Shown here piece by piece: positions 8,970-18,089 of a DNA stretch of 64,000 nucleotides (position 1 is the stretch's first letter; each line of letters starts with the position of its first letter). Where the stretch lies: positions 5,339 through 69,338 of the forward strand of contig CAWBOA010000004.1 of assembly GCA_963790255.1 (NCBI GenBank), read 5' to 3'. The position numbers and the translations under genes are program-made. The DNA comes from an uncultured Chloroflexia bacterium. GTDB lineage: Bacteria > Chloroflexota > Limnocylindria > QHBO01. The notes beneath the pieces were generated by a model. That model made no database searches. It was not told the DNA's origin and saw nothing but the letters and a program-made list of their open reading frames with translations.

Positions 8970-10151
8970 GTGGCAGCGATCCGCGCCGAACATCTCGAGA
9001 AGCGCTACCGGCTCCGGACCGGACGCGCGCCGACGCTCAAAGAGCTGATCCTCCGCCAGACGTCGTCTTCTGAGGTCGTCCATGCGCTGAAGGACGTGAG
9101 CTTCGCTGTCGAGCGCGGGCAGTGCTTCGGCGTCGTCGGCGCGAACGGATCGGGAAAGTCGACGCTCCTCAAGCTCATCGCGGGAACGGCGAAGCCGACG
9201 TCGGGCACGATCGAGGTCGAGGGCCGCATCTCCGCGCTGCTCGAGCTCGGCGCCGGCTTCCATCCGGACTTCACCGGACGCGAGAACGCGTACCTCAACG
9301 GCTCGCTGCTCGGGCTCACGCGCAAGGAGACCGAGGCCGCGATGCCGGCGATCGAGGCCTTCGCGCAGCTCGGCCGCTTCTTCGACGCGCCGATCAAGAC
9401 GTACTCGAGCGGCATGGCCGCGCGGCTCGGCTTCGCGGTCGCGGTGCACGTCGATCCCGACGTGCTGCTCGTCGACGAGGTGCTCGCGGTCGGCGACGAG
9501 TACTTCCAGCACAAGTGCTACGCGAAGATCGCCGAGTTCCGCGGGGCGGGGAAGACGATCGTGCTCGTGTCGCACGACATCGGTCTCATCCAGCGGCTCT
9601 GCGATCGCGCGATCTGGCTCGACGAGGGCCGTGTCGCCGCGAGCGGCACGGTGCGCGACGTCGCGACGGCGTACCACCTCGAGGTCGGCGAGCGCGAGCT
9701 CCGCGAGCGCGCGCTGCGCGGCGAGGTCGGCGGCCGTACGGGCTCGGGCGAGATCGAGATCGTGTCCGCCAAGGTGGTGGGGAGCCAGGGTTCCCCGAAG
9801 ACACTGCTCGAGATCGGCGAACCCGTCTCGCTCGAGATCCTCTATCGCAACCCCACCGGTTTGAAGGACGCGGTGTTCGGCGTCTACGTCTACCGCGACG
9901 ACGGCACCGGGATCTACGGCACGAACACGATGCTCGACGACGTCGCGGTGCCGCTGCGTGACGAGGGGGTCGTGCGCTTCAAGATGGATGCGCTCGCGCT
10001 CCTACCCGGCGCGTACGACGTCGACGTCGCCGCGACGGACCGCTCCGACCGCCACTACGACTATCACCAGAAGGCGCTGAACTTCCGTGTCGTCGGCTCG
10101 TCGCGCGAGGTCGGCATCGCGCGCCTGCCGCACCGCTGGGAGTTCGAGTAG
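8970..10151 (+). CDS. wzt: Polysaccharide/O-antigen-type ABC exporter ATP-binding protein with C-terminal glycan-binding domain (Wzt/TagH-like)
   Basis: Walker A GANGSGKST, signature YSSGM, Walker B LLVDEVLAVGD, H-loop VSHD. The ~140-aa C-terminal extension (GEIEIVSAKVV...PGAYDVDVAATDRSDRHYDYHQKALNFRV) is typical of Wzt C-terminal beta-sandwich domains. GTG start. Confidence 0.9.
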   Translation: MAAIRAEHLEKRYRLRTGRAPTLKELILRQTSSSEVVHALKDVSFAVERGQCFGVVGANGSGKSTLLKLIAGTAKPTSGTIEVEGRISALLELGAGFHPDFTGRENAYLNGSLLGLTRKETEAAMPAIEAFAQLGRFFDAPIKTYSSGMAARLGFAVAVHVDPDVLLVDEVLAVGDEYFQHKCYAKIAEFRGAGKTIVLVSHDIGLIQRLCDRAIWLDEGRVAASGTVRDVATAYHLEVGERELRERALRGEVGGRTGSGEIEIVSAKVVGSQGSPKTLLEIGEPVSLEILYRNPTGLKDAVFGVYVYRDDGTGIYGTNTMLDDVAVPLRDEGVVRFKMDALALLPGAYDVDVAATDRSDRHYDYHQKALNFRVVGSSREVGIARLPHRWEFE

Positions 10152-10167
10152 CGCGGTGGCGTTTGGC

Positions 10168-10998
10168 TCAGGTCTTCGCTGGCGTTCGGGCCTTGAACTT
10201 CAGGAGAGCGGCGTCAACGTCCCTCCAATCGGGCTTCTTACCGCTTAGGACGAGACCTTTGCCAGTCTTCCACTCATCTTCGGCGTTCGCGCGCATCTCG
10301 TCGCAGCGCTCGTGCAGCTTCTCACCGCCGGGAATGCGCCGCGCTGATGCCGCGAGCTTCCGCCTGATTAGCGCTGGCAGCTTCGTGCGATCGGTCGTCG
10401 TCAGAACGCGGTTCCAGTACCACCACAGGTCGTATGCGTCAGTGGCCTCACCCCGGGTTAGGAACGCACGTACCTTCTCTGCTGCACGCTCGACTGCCTG
10501 CATGACGGGAATCTTGATGGGCGTACCGTTCGGCAGGAGGTAGTCGCCCATCACCACGGGCAGGATGAACGGCTCACTCCAGTTGATGGTGACCGTGATC
10601 GGGAGGGTCGCACCGCCCGCGAGTCGGCGGCATTCGACCAGGAAGCTGATGCTGGTCTGGCTCGGGCGGTTCGGTGTGACCCTTAGGACGACCTTCTTGG
10701 CCTCAGCTGTCGATAGGGCGCGCTCGATCGCGCGCGCCGTGACCCGTTGGCCGCGAATGTCGGCGCTGTCGAGGTCGCGTGAGAGCCTCTCACTTTTCTC
10801 GACCAGCCGAAGGACAGCGGCACCTTTGTGCGCAAGCTTGCCCTTTAGTGCTTCGTCCTTGATCAGGAGGCCCGCGATCTGGCCGATGATCAAAGCCCGG
10901 TCCAGATCCTCGGATGGAACTCCGAGGTCGCTGGCGCGTCGCTTCAACTCGGTGCGGAACGTTGGACCGATCGGCCTGGCCTTCCTCTTCGCGCTCAA
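10168..10998 (-). CDS. AbiEii/AbiGii-family nucleotidyltransferase toxin (type IV toxin-antitoxin)
   Basis: 276 aa. LAHKGAAVLRLVEKSERLSRDLDS matches the family motif (l.lKGGtal.l......R.S.DlDf). TTG start overlaps the upstream stop (TTGA at 10995-10998). Lower GC than flanks, judged by eye. Confidence 0.85.
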   Translation of the reverse strand: MSAKRKARPIGPTFRTELKRRASDLGVPSEDLDRALIIGQIAGLLIKDEALKGKLAHKGAAVLRLVEKSERLSRDLDSADIRGQRVTARAIERALSTAEAKKVVLRVTPNRPSQTSISFLVECRRLAGGATLPITVTINWSEPFILPVVMGDYLLPNGTPIKIPVMQAVERAAEKVRAFLTRGEATDAYDLWWYWNRVLTTTDRTKLPALIRRKLAASARRIPGGEKLHERCDEMRANAEDEWKTGKGLVLSGKKPDWRDVDAALLKFKARTPAKT

Positions 10999-11782
10999 TC
11001 GCGCACCGCCGCCAGCAGGTCCTCGCGCGAGCGCGGGAGCTCCACTCGCCAGCGCGGGTCACGCGCGACGACGCGAGACCCGAGGCCAGCGAGGCGGGTC
11101 CAGTTATTCGATCGCTGCGCGAGCGCAAGCAGCCCTGGGTCAGCCTTCCCGGTCTCGAGCTCGAGCAACAGGCCGAGTCGGCGTGCGATCGCCGGCGACC
11201 TCCTGTCGATAGCTAGGGCGCGCAGTTTCGCAGGAGCGAGTCTGCGGAGGGCGATGCCGGTCCGCAGCACGTCAGCAGCTCCGGCCAACTCGTCACGTAG
11301 CGCGGAGCTTCGAGCGAGTCGATGAACGCCTGCGCCGGCGTAGCCACGCGGATTACCTCGTCGCCCCGATGCAGCGGCTTCGTCTCCGCGGTGCGGACTC
11401 GGCGGCGCCAAGGCACAAAGTCCAAACGCTGTTGGCCGTAGCGCAGGCTGCCTTGGCGCTCTCCTTGAACGAAGCCCCAAAGCGAAGTGTCCTGGTCGGT
11501 CAGCCCGTGAAGGACGAGTGCGCCGTAGAAGCTGAGGTAGCCCGACGGCTCAAGGTGAGTGGCAACGGCTGGCAGACTCCACATGTCTCCGCTCGTGCTA
11601 GGCGCGAGGTACACGCCCCGACGGAGATTGGCTATTCGTTTTCCTTCCACAAGGTCGTGCAACATCCAAGCGGGTAGCGCCGGGTTGAGATGGACCGGCC
11701 CATGCTCGATAAGCCAAGCCATCGCCTGTTCCAGCTTGGGGGTCTTGGTCAATCCCAATTCTTGCGAGTTATGTTGCTTCAC
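10995..11782 (-). CDS. AbiEi-family antitoxin / transcriptional regulator (one frameshift ~11270)
   Basis: ORF 11213..11929 (…KLEQAMAWLIEHGPVHLNPALPAWMLHDLVEGKRIANLRRGVYLAP...) continues in ORF 10995..11480 (...LRALAIDRRSPAIARRLGLLLELETGK...). The 788-nt span is not a multiple of 3. Candidate GTG start at 11782 or ATG at 11722. Confidence 0.75.
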
Positions 11783-11788
11783 GTAAAT

Positions 11789-11817
11789 ATCTTGCACAGA
11801 TTGGGATAACCTGTCAA
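11789..11817 (-). promoter_or_regulatory. Candidate sigma70-type promoter with imperfect palindrome, probably driving a leaderless abiEi-abiEii transcript
   Basis: Minus strand reads cgcTTGACAggttatcccaatctgtgCAAGATatttacGTG: a TTGACA -35, a 17-nt spacer, a weak -10 and GTG 6 nt later. TTGACAG and CTGTGCAA form an imperfect inverted repeat over the promoter. The local sequence is AT-rich for this genome. Confidence 0.35.
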
Positions 11818-12094
11818 GCGGGTTTCTGAGTCCTGCGGCGACCGCCCTACATTGACCGCGGCTCGAGGGTAGGGAAGAGTGGACGGAGGCAAGGAGACGC
11901 ACCGATGGGAAAAGCTCGCATGACGCCAAGGAACAAGACGACGCAGCTCAAGAAGCGTCGTCTCAGCGACTTGCGAGGCATACTCCCGGCGACAAAACCG
12001 TATATCGGCGTTGAGGCGACCCGCCAACACGTGGCGCAACAGCTCGGCGAGGAACTAGAGCGGAAGCTGCGCAAGCGTTGATCTGCGGTTCTAG

Positions 12095-13179
12095 ATGACG
12101 ACACAACCGCCCGTCGACCTCGACGCGATCCTCGCCGAGGTCCGCGCGCGCGTCCGCAAGAAGCGCGAGAGCGGCGAGTACGGAGCCGGATCTCGACGCC
12201 GCCCTCACGCTTCCGCTGCCCGGCGGGCGGCCGATCTTCAGCGAGGAGCTGAAGGATCCGTTCCAGGCGCTCCCCGAGGTCCTCGACGAGGACGTCACGT
12301 ACGACGCGAAGAGCCGCAAGCGCTACGTCGGCCCGGTCATCACGCTCGCGCGGCGCGTCCTCATCGGCCTCCTGCGCTGGTACATGGCCGCGATCGCCGA
12401 GCGGCAGGAGCGCGTGAACCAGCTCGTGGCGAGGGCGCTCTTCGACCTTCGCGACCGGCCGACACCGGGCCTCGAGAAGCGCCTGCGCAAGCTCGAGACC
12501 TGGCACGAGGACTTCGTCGCCGCGAACCTGCACTCCGTCTACTTCCAGGCGCGCTTCGGCGGCGACGAGCCAGTCATCCGCCGGCAGTCCGAGGCGTTCG
12601 CGGAGCTCTTCGCCGGCCGCAAGCGTGTCGTCGACCTCGGGTGCGGCCGCGGCATCTTCCTCGGTCTCATGAAGGACAAGGGCGTCGGCGCGTACGGCGT
12701 CGACCTCGATCCGCGCATGGTCGCGCAGTGCGCCGAGCGCGGGCTCGAGTGCGTCGAGGCCGACGCGCTCGGCCATCTGCGCTCGCTGCCGGACGATGCG
12801 ATCGACGGCATCTACGCGCGCCACATCGCCGAGCACGTGCTGCCCGGCGAGCTCGTCTCGATGCTGCGCGAGGCGCGCCGCGTCCTGATGCCCGGCGCGC
12901 CGCTGGTGTTCGTCACGCCGAACGTCGCGACGCTCACGGTCGGCGCGCATTCGTTCTGGCTCGACCCGTCGCACGTGCGCCCGATCCCGCCCGAGCTCTT
13001 CCGCTTCTATCTCGAGGTCGAGGGCTTCGTCGACGTCGACGTGCAGCACCTTCGAGCCGAGCGAGAAGCGCCTGTCGGACAAGGTGAGCGACGCGACGGT
13101 GCGCGAGAACGTGAAGCTGCTGAACGAAACGCTGTTCGGCGACCGCGACTACGCCGTCATCGGGCACGCGCCGGCATGA
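12095..13179 (+). CDS. Class I SAM-dependent methyltransferase with N-terminal coiled-coil-like region (two frameshifts)
   Basis: MTTQPPVDLDAILAEVRARVRKKRESGEYG, then PDLDAALTLPL...RWYMAAIAERQERVNQLVARAL...VVDLGCGRGIFLGLMKDKG (motif I)...GIYARHIAEHV...LMPGAPLVFVTPN, then TFEPSEKRLSDKV...DYAVIGHAPA*. TGA overlaps the next ATG (ATGA at 13176). Confidence 0.8.
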
Positions 13180-14258
13180 CCGCGGTCCATCAGTTCCATC
13201 CGACGCTCGCGCCCGGCGACGCGATGAGCAACCACGTCTTCGCGCTGCGCGATCGCCTGCGCTCGTGGGGCTACGAGTCGGACGCGCATGCGATCGACAT
13301 CAAGCCCGGCGTGGAGAGCGAGGCGCTCTCGTACCGCCGGCTGTTCCGGACGGTGCGCCCGGAGGACACGCTCATCCTCCACTTCTCGATGGGCAACGAG
13401 GTCTTCGACCAGCTGATCAAGATCCCGGCGCGCCGCGTGCTCGTCTACCACAACATCACGCCGCCGGAGTTCTTCAGCGGCATCAACGACCACGCCGCGG
13501 CGTTCGCGCGTCTCGGTCTGCGGCAGCTCGAGCAGATCGCGCCCGCCTTCGAGCTCGGCATCGGCGTCTCCGCGTTCAATCGCCAGGACCTGCACGACAT
13601 GGGCTTCAGCAAGACCGCGCACGTGCCGATCCTCATCGACTGGAAGCTGTACGACACGCCGCCGGACCCCGCGGTGCTCGCGCGCTGGAGCGTGTTCGGC
13701 CGCAAGCTCCTGTTCGTGGGCCGGATCTCGCCGAACAAGCGCCACGACGACCTGCTGCGGATGTTCGCGTACTACCGCGCCGTCATCGACCGCGAGGCGC
13801 AGCTGCTGCTCGTCGGCTCGTGGGGCGATCACAAGGAGTACTACGCGCGCCTGCGCGAGCTCCAGCGCGCGCTCGGCCTCGAGACCGCCGTCACGTTCAC
13901 CGGGTCGGTGAGCCTCGCCGCGCTGTGCGCGTACTACCGCGAGGCCGACACGTTCGTCTCGCTGTCCGAGCACGAGGGCTTCGGCGTCCCGCTCCTCGAG
14001 GCGATGAAGTTCGACCTGCCGGTCGTCGCGTACGACGCGGCCGCGATCGGCGAGACGGTGGGCGATGCCGGCGTTCTGCTGCACGAGCGCGATCTCGCGC
14101 AGGCAGCGGAAGCCGCCGCGCTCGTGAGCGAGGACACCGCGCTCCGCGCGAAGCTCGCCGCCGCCGGCAGAAAACGCGTCGCCGACTTCGACACCGAGAA
14201 GGTCGCGCAGCAGACGCGCGAGGTGTTGGGCCTGTGGACGGCCGTGACGGTATCGGCG
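13176..14258 (+). CDS. GT4-family glycosyltransferase (paralog pair A, copy 1)
   Basis: MTAVHQFHPTLAPGDAMSNHVFALRDRL...RKLLFVGRISPNKRHDDLL...FVSLSEHEGFGVPLLEAMKFDLPVVAY (the EX7E region of retaining GT4 enzymes). Runs on in frame into the DinB-like domain with no stop codon. Confidence 0.85.
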
Positions 14259-14709
14259 ATGGCTGATGATCGCTCGTACATCCAGGCGAACACTCGCGAG
14301 CGCGAGCGTCTTCGCGCGCTCGTTGAAAAGCTCAGCGACGACGATCTCACCGCTCCCGTGAACGAGTACTGGACCGTTGCGGGAGTGCTCGGACACATCG
14401 CGTACTGGGACATCCGCGTGCTGGTCCTGTCGGAGAAGATCGATCGGGGCGAGCCGTGGGTGCCGGGGGACGCCGAGCCCGACGGCGATTGGCTCAACGA
14501 CACGACGCGAGTGCTCATTCACGCGATCGCGCCGAGGGAGGCCGCGCGGCTGGCGATGCGGATCGCCGAGGAGACGGATGCCCGCGTGGCGAAGCTGCCT
14601 CTGGAGCGGATGGCGCCCCGCGACGAGGACAGCCCGATCTATCCGGGCCGTGGCGAGCACCGCGGCGAGCACCTCGACGAGATCGAGGCAGCGCTGCGCA
14701 CGCGCGGTG
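14259..14709 (+). CDS. DinB-fold (DinB_2 / mycothiol-dependent-isomerase-N-like) domain protein; in frame with the upstream GT, so possibly a fusion
   Basis: ATG 14259: MADDRSYIQANTRERERLRALVEKLSDDDLTAPVNEYWTVAGVLGHIAYWD...VLIHAI...EHRGEHLDEIEAAL. Spaced His residues and a four-helix pattern. Its end is blurred by a frameshift at the GGTGA junction near 14707. Confidence 0.55.
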
Positions 14710-15818
14710 AGCGAGCGCCTTCGCACCGCCGACCAGTTCGTGCCGACGCTCGCGTACGGCGACGCGATCGGCAATGACGCGTTCGAGCTGCAGCGCCTCT
14801 TCTGGCAGCGCGGCGTGCAGTCCGACATCTTCGTCGACGAGGCGAAGCCCGAGGTGCTCGCGTTCGCGCGGTCGTGGCGCGACCTGCGCCCCAAGCGACT
14901 CGGCGCGGGCGGGCTGCTCCTGGTCCACGTCTCGATGGGGAACGATCAGATCGACGAGGTCGCGAAGCTGCCGGTCCGCAAGGCGGTCATCTACCACAAC
15001 ATCACGCCGGCGCGGTACTTCAGCGGCGTCAATCCCGCGGCCGAGAAGTACTCCGCGATCGGCCGGCGGCAGCTGAAGGACCTCGCCGCGCAGGCCGAGC
15101 TCGGCATCGCCGACAGCGAGTTCAACCGCCGCGAGCTCGAGGAGATGGGCTACAAGCAGACCGCGGTCGTGCCGATCATCGTCGACTGGAGCGCGTTCGA
15201 CGTCGAGCCCGACCCCGCGGTCATGCGCACGCTCTCGGAGGAGCGCACGTCGATCATCACCGTCGGCCAGCTCCTGCCGCACAAGGGCATCCACGACGTC
15301 ATCACGGCGTTCGCGCGATACCGCGAGCGCGACCGCGGCGCGCGCCTGTACCTCGTCGGATCCACCGCGATGTCGGCGCAGTACATCGACCGCCTGCGCG
15401 CCGATGTGCAGCGCCTGCGCCTCGCCGACGCGGTGACCTTCACCGGCAGCGTTCCCATCGAGTCGCTCGTCGCGTACTACCGCGGCGCCACCGCGCTTCG
15501 TCACGCTCTCGGAGCACGAGGGCTTCTGCGTGCCGCTGCTCGAGGCGATGCGCAGCGACCTGCCGATCGTCGCCAACGCCGCGGGCGCGATCCCCGACAC
15601 GCTCGGCGACGCCGGCATCCTCCTGAAGGACGAGTCGCCCGAGGCCGTGGTGGAGGCGCTCGAGCGGGTCGTCGGGGACCAGGAGCTGCGCAAGGAGCCT
15701 CATCGCCAAGGGGCGCGCTCGGCTCGCGGAGTTCACGCCCGAGCGCGTCGCCGAGCGTCTGCGCGACGCGCTCGCGCTCGCGGGCTGGGACCTTCCCGAG
15801 CGCCGCGCGCGAAAGGTC
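14707..15818 (+). CDS. GT4-family glycosyltransferase (paralog pair A, copy 2; two frameshifts)
   Basis: GTG 14707: VSERLRTADQFVPTLAYGDAIGNDAFELQRLF... parallels copy 1 throughout (VIYHNITPARYFSG vs VYHNITPPEFFSG; IVDWSAFD vs LIDWKLYD). The EX7E region SEHEGFCVPLLEAMRSDLPIVAN lies in ORF 15530..15988. The C-terminus is in frame with the next GT. Confidence 0.75.
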
Positions 15819-16929
15819 GTGGTCCTCTCGAGCGACCAGCGCTGCGGGATCCACCACTACGCGCTCTCGCTCACCGACGGCCTGCGAAAGGCCGGTCACG
15901 ACGTGACGTTCGTCGGCGTGAAGCATCTCGACAAGCGCGACCTCGGCAAAGAAGGTCCGCCACATCGCGAACGACACGGACGCCGTGATCGTCGAGCACG
16001 AGCACGGCATCTTCTCCGACGTCCCGTTCGTTGGCGCGCTCATCTCGTTCTGGCGCCGGAAGATCCCCGTCATGCTGTCGATGCACGAGGTCGAGCCCGA
16101 GAAGTTCCACCACTTCCGCAAGATCTCGAGCGCGCTGCACTACCGGCCGCGCTACGGCAAGGTGCTCGAGTTCTTTCGCGCGGGCTGGGTCACGCTGCGC
16201 ATCGCGAACTGGTTCCTCCGCTACCGCGCGGTCCTCGCGATCACCGGCGCGATCCCGGTCCACATCGCGACCCACTCCGAGCGCTCGCAGCATTGGGCGA
16301 CGCTGCTGAGCGACGATCCGCGCAAGGTCGATCGCTTCCCGCTCGTCCTCGTTCCGCTCGAGGACACGACGCTGCCGAAGGACGACGCCGAGAAGCGCGC
16401 GCTGCGCGAGCGGCTCGGACTGCCGGTCGACAAGTTCATCTTCGTCTCGCCCGGCTTCTTCTTCCGGCGCAAGCGCTTCACGCAGGTGATCGCGGCCGCG
16501 CCGCGCGACAGCGTCGTCGTGCTGTCGGGAACGCGCTCCGGCAACGAGCCGGAGTACTTCGACGAGGTGCAGGACTACATCAAGGAGCGCGGCTTCACGA
16601 ACGTCGTGGTGAACACCGACTACGAGACGATGGGCCAGTACGTCGCCGCGAGCGACTGCGTCGTCCTGTTCTACGAGGACGTCTTCCAGAGCGCGGTCGC
16701 CGCGCAGGCGATCTGGGCCGGGCTGCCGTGCATCTTCTCGGAGGCGCGCGGCTTCGACGTCTATCAGGGCGCCGGGCTCGTCGCGCGCGACAGCGGTGAG
16801 CTCGCGGAGCACATGCGCGAGATCCAGAAGCCCGAGACCTACGCGCGCCTGCGCGCGCGCGTGAAGTACCTGCAGCGGATGCTCTCGCCCGAGCGCAACG
16901 CCGACCGCCACCTGACGCGGATCCCTTGA
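15819..16929 (+). CDS. Glycosyltransferase (GT1/GT4-like; one frameshift ~15950)
   Basis: VVLSSDQRCGIHHYALSLTDGLRKAGHDVTFVG... continues in ORF 15985..16929 (IVEHEHGIFSD...KFIFVSPGFFFRRKRF...VVLFYEDVFQSAVAAQAIWAGLPCIFSE). Its stop overlaps the next start (TTGA at 16926). Confidence 0.7.
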
Positions 16930-18089
16930 GCGACATCCTCGTCGTCGTCCAGCGCTTCGGCGACGAGGTCGTCGGCGGATCCGAGGGCCATGCGCGCGTC
17001 GTCGCGTCGCGCCTCGCGCGGTCGCACCGCGTCGAGATCGCGACGACCACCGCGGCCGACTACTGGACCTGGGCGCCGTACTACCCGGCGGGCACGAGCG
17101 AGCTCGACGGGCTGCGCGTCCACCGCTTCCCGGTCGCCGAGGGCCGCGACCCGGAGTTCAAGACGTTCGAATCGAAGGTGCTCGCCGAGGAGCACGCGCT
17201 CGCCGATGAGGAGGAGTGGCTGCGCCGTCAGGGGCCGCACTGCCCGCGCATCCTCGAGTTCCTGAAGGACGAGGGCCGCCGCTTCGATGCGGTCCTCTTC
17301 TACACGTACATCTACGAGCCCACCGCGCGCGGCGTGCCCATCGTGCCCGAGCGCGCCGCGCTCATCTCGACCGCGCACGACGAGGCGCCGCTGCGCCTCG
17401 CGCCGTACCGCGCGCTGTTCCAGCTGCCGCGCGCCTTCGGCTTCCTCACGCCGGAGGAGCGCGACCTCGTGCACCGCACCTTCCGCAACGAGCACATCCC
17501 GTACGAAACGCTCGGCCTCGGACTCGACGCGCCCGGTGCGTACGACGTCGCCGCGTTCCGTGCCGCGCACGAGCTCGAGGGTCCGATCGTCCTGTATCTC
17601 GGTCAGGTGAGCGAGGGCAAAGGCTGCGACGAGCTCCTCGCCGCCTGGACCGAGTACCGATCACGCCCGGACGCGCGCGAGGCGACGCTCGTGCTCGCGG
17701 GCACGCTGCGCATGGACGTGCCCGAGCGCCGCGATATCGCCGCGATCGGCCGCATCCCCGACGCGCAGAAGTACGCGGCGCTGGCGGCGGCCGACGTGCT
17801 CGTGCTGCCGTCGCGGTTCGAGAGCCTCGGCATCGTCCTGCTGGAGGCGTGGCAGGTCGGGACGCCGGTGGTCGTGCGCGCGGACAACCCGGTCACGGCC
17901 GGCCAGGTCGCGCGTTCCGGCGGCGGCGTGACGTACCGCGACGCGGCGGACTTCGGCGCGTCGCTCGAGCGCGCGATCGCCGCGCGCGACACGCTCGGTG
18001 CGGCGGGACGCGCGTGGGTGGAGCGCGAGTCGTCATGGGAGGCGTTCGATGCGCGCCTCGCGCAGCTCGTCGCGCTGACCGCCGCATGA
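16926..18089 (+). CDS. GT4-family glycosyltransferase (paralog pair B, copy 1; intact)
   Basis: 387 aa. ILVVVQRFGDEVVGGSEGHARVVASRLA...YLGQVSEGKGCDELL...VLVLPSRFESLGIVLLEAWQVGTPVVV (EX7E-type). TTG start; ATGA overlap with the next gene. Confidence 0.85.
   Translation: MSDILVVVQRFGDEVVGGSEGHARVVASRLARSHRVEIATTTAADYWTWAPYYPAGTSELDGLRVHRFPVAEGRDPEFKTFESKVLAEEHALADEEEWLRRQGPHCPRILEFLKDEGRRFDAVLFYTYIYEPTARGVPIVPERAALISTAHDEAPLRLAPYRALFQLPRAFGFLTPEERDLVHRTFRNEHIPYETLGLGLDAPGAYDVAAFRAAHELEGPIVLYLGQVSEGKGCDELLAAWTEYRSRPDAREATLVLAGTLRMDVPERRDIAAIGRIPDAQKYAALAAADVLVLPSRFESLGIVLLEAWQVGTPVVVRADNPVTAGQVARSGGGVTYRDAADFGASLERAIAARDTLGAAGRAWVERESSWEAFDARLAQLVALTAA

Noticed and set aside
8517-9677. Long antisense or off-frame ORFs throughout the GC-rich part. 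Examples: 8517..9677, 11847..13082, 13149..14894, 14515..15693, 15871..16911, 17216..19036, most of 20088..22532, 24586..26358, 35803..36921, 39520..40770, 44029..46344, 47246..48373, 53879..55600, 55623..57614, 59278..61194, 61933..63315.
   Set aside because: They lie opposite or out of frame to genes with unmistakable family motifs. They are Arg/Ala/Gly/Pro/Asp-rich with no recognisable motifs, and they are expected in sequence where stop codons are rare in all frames.
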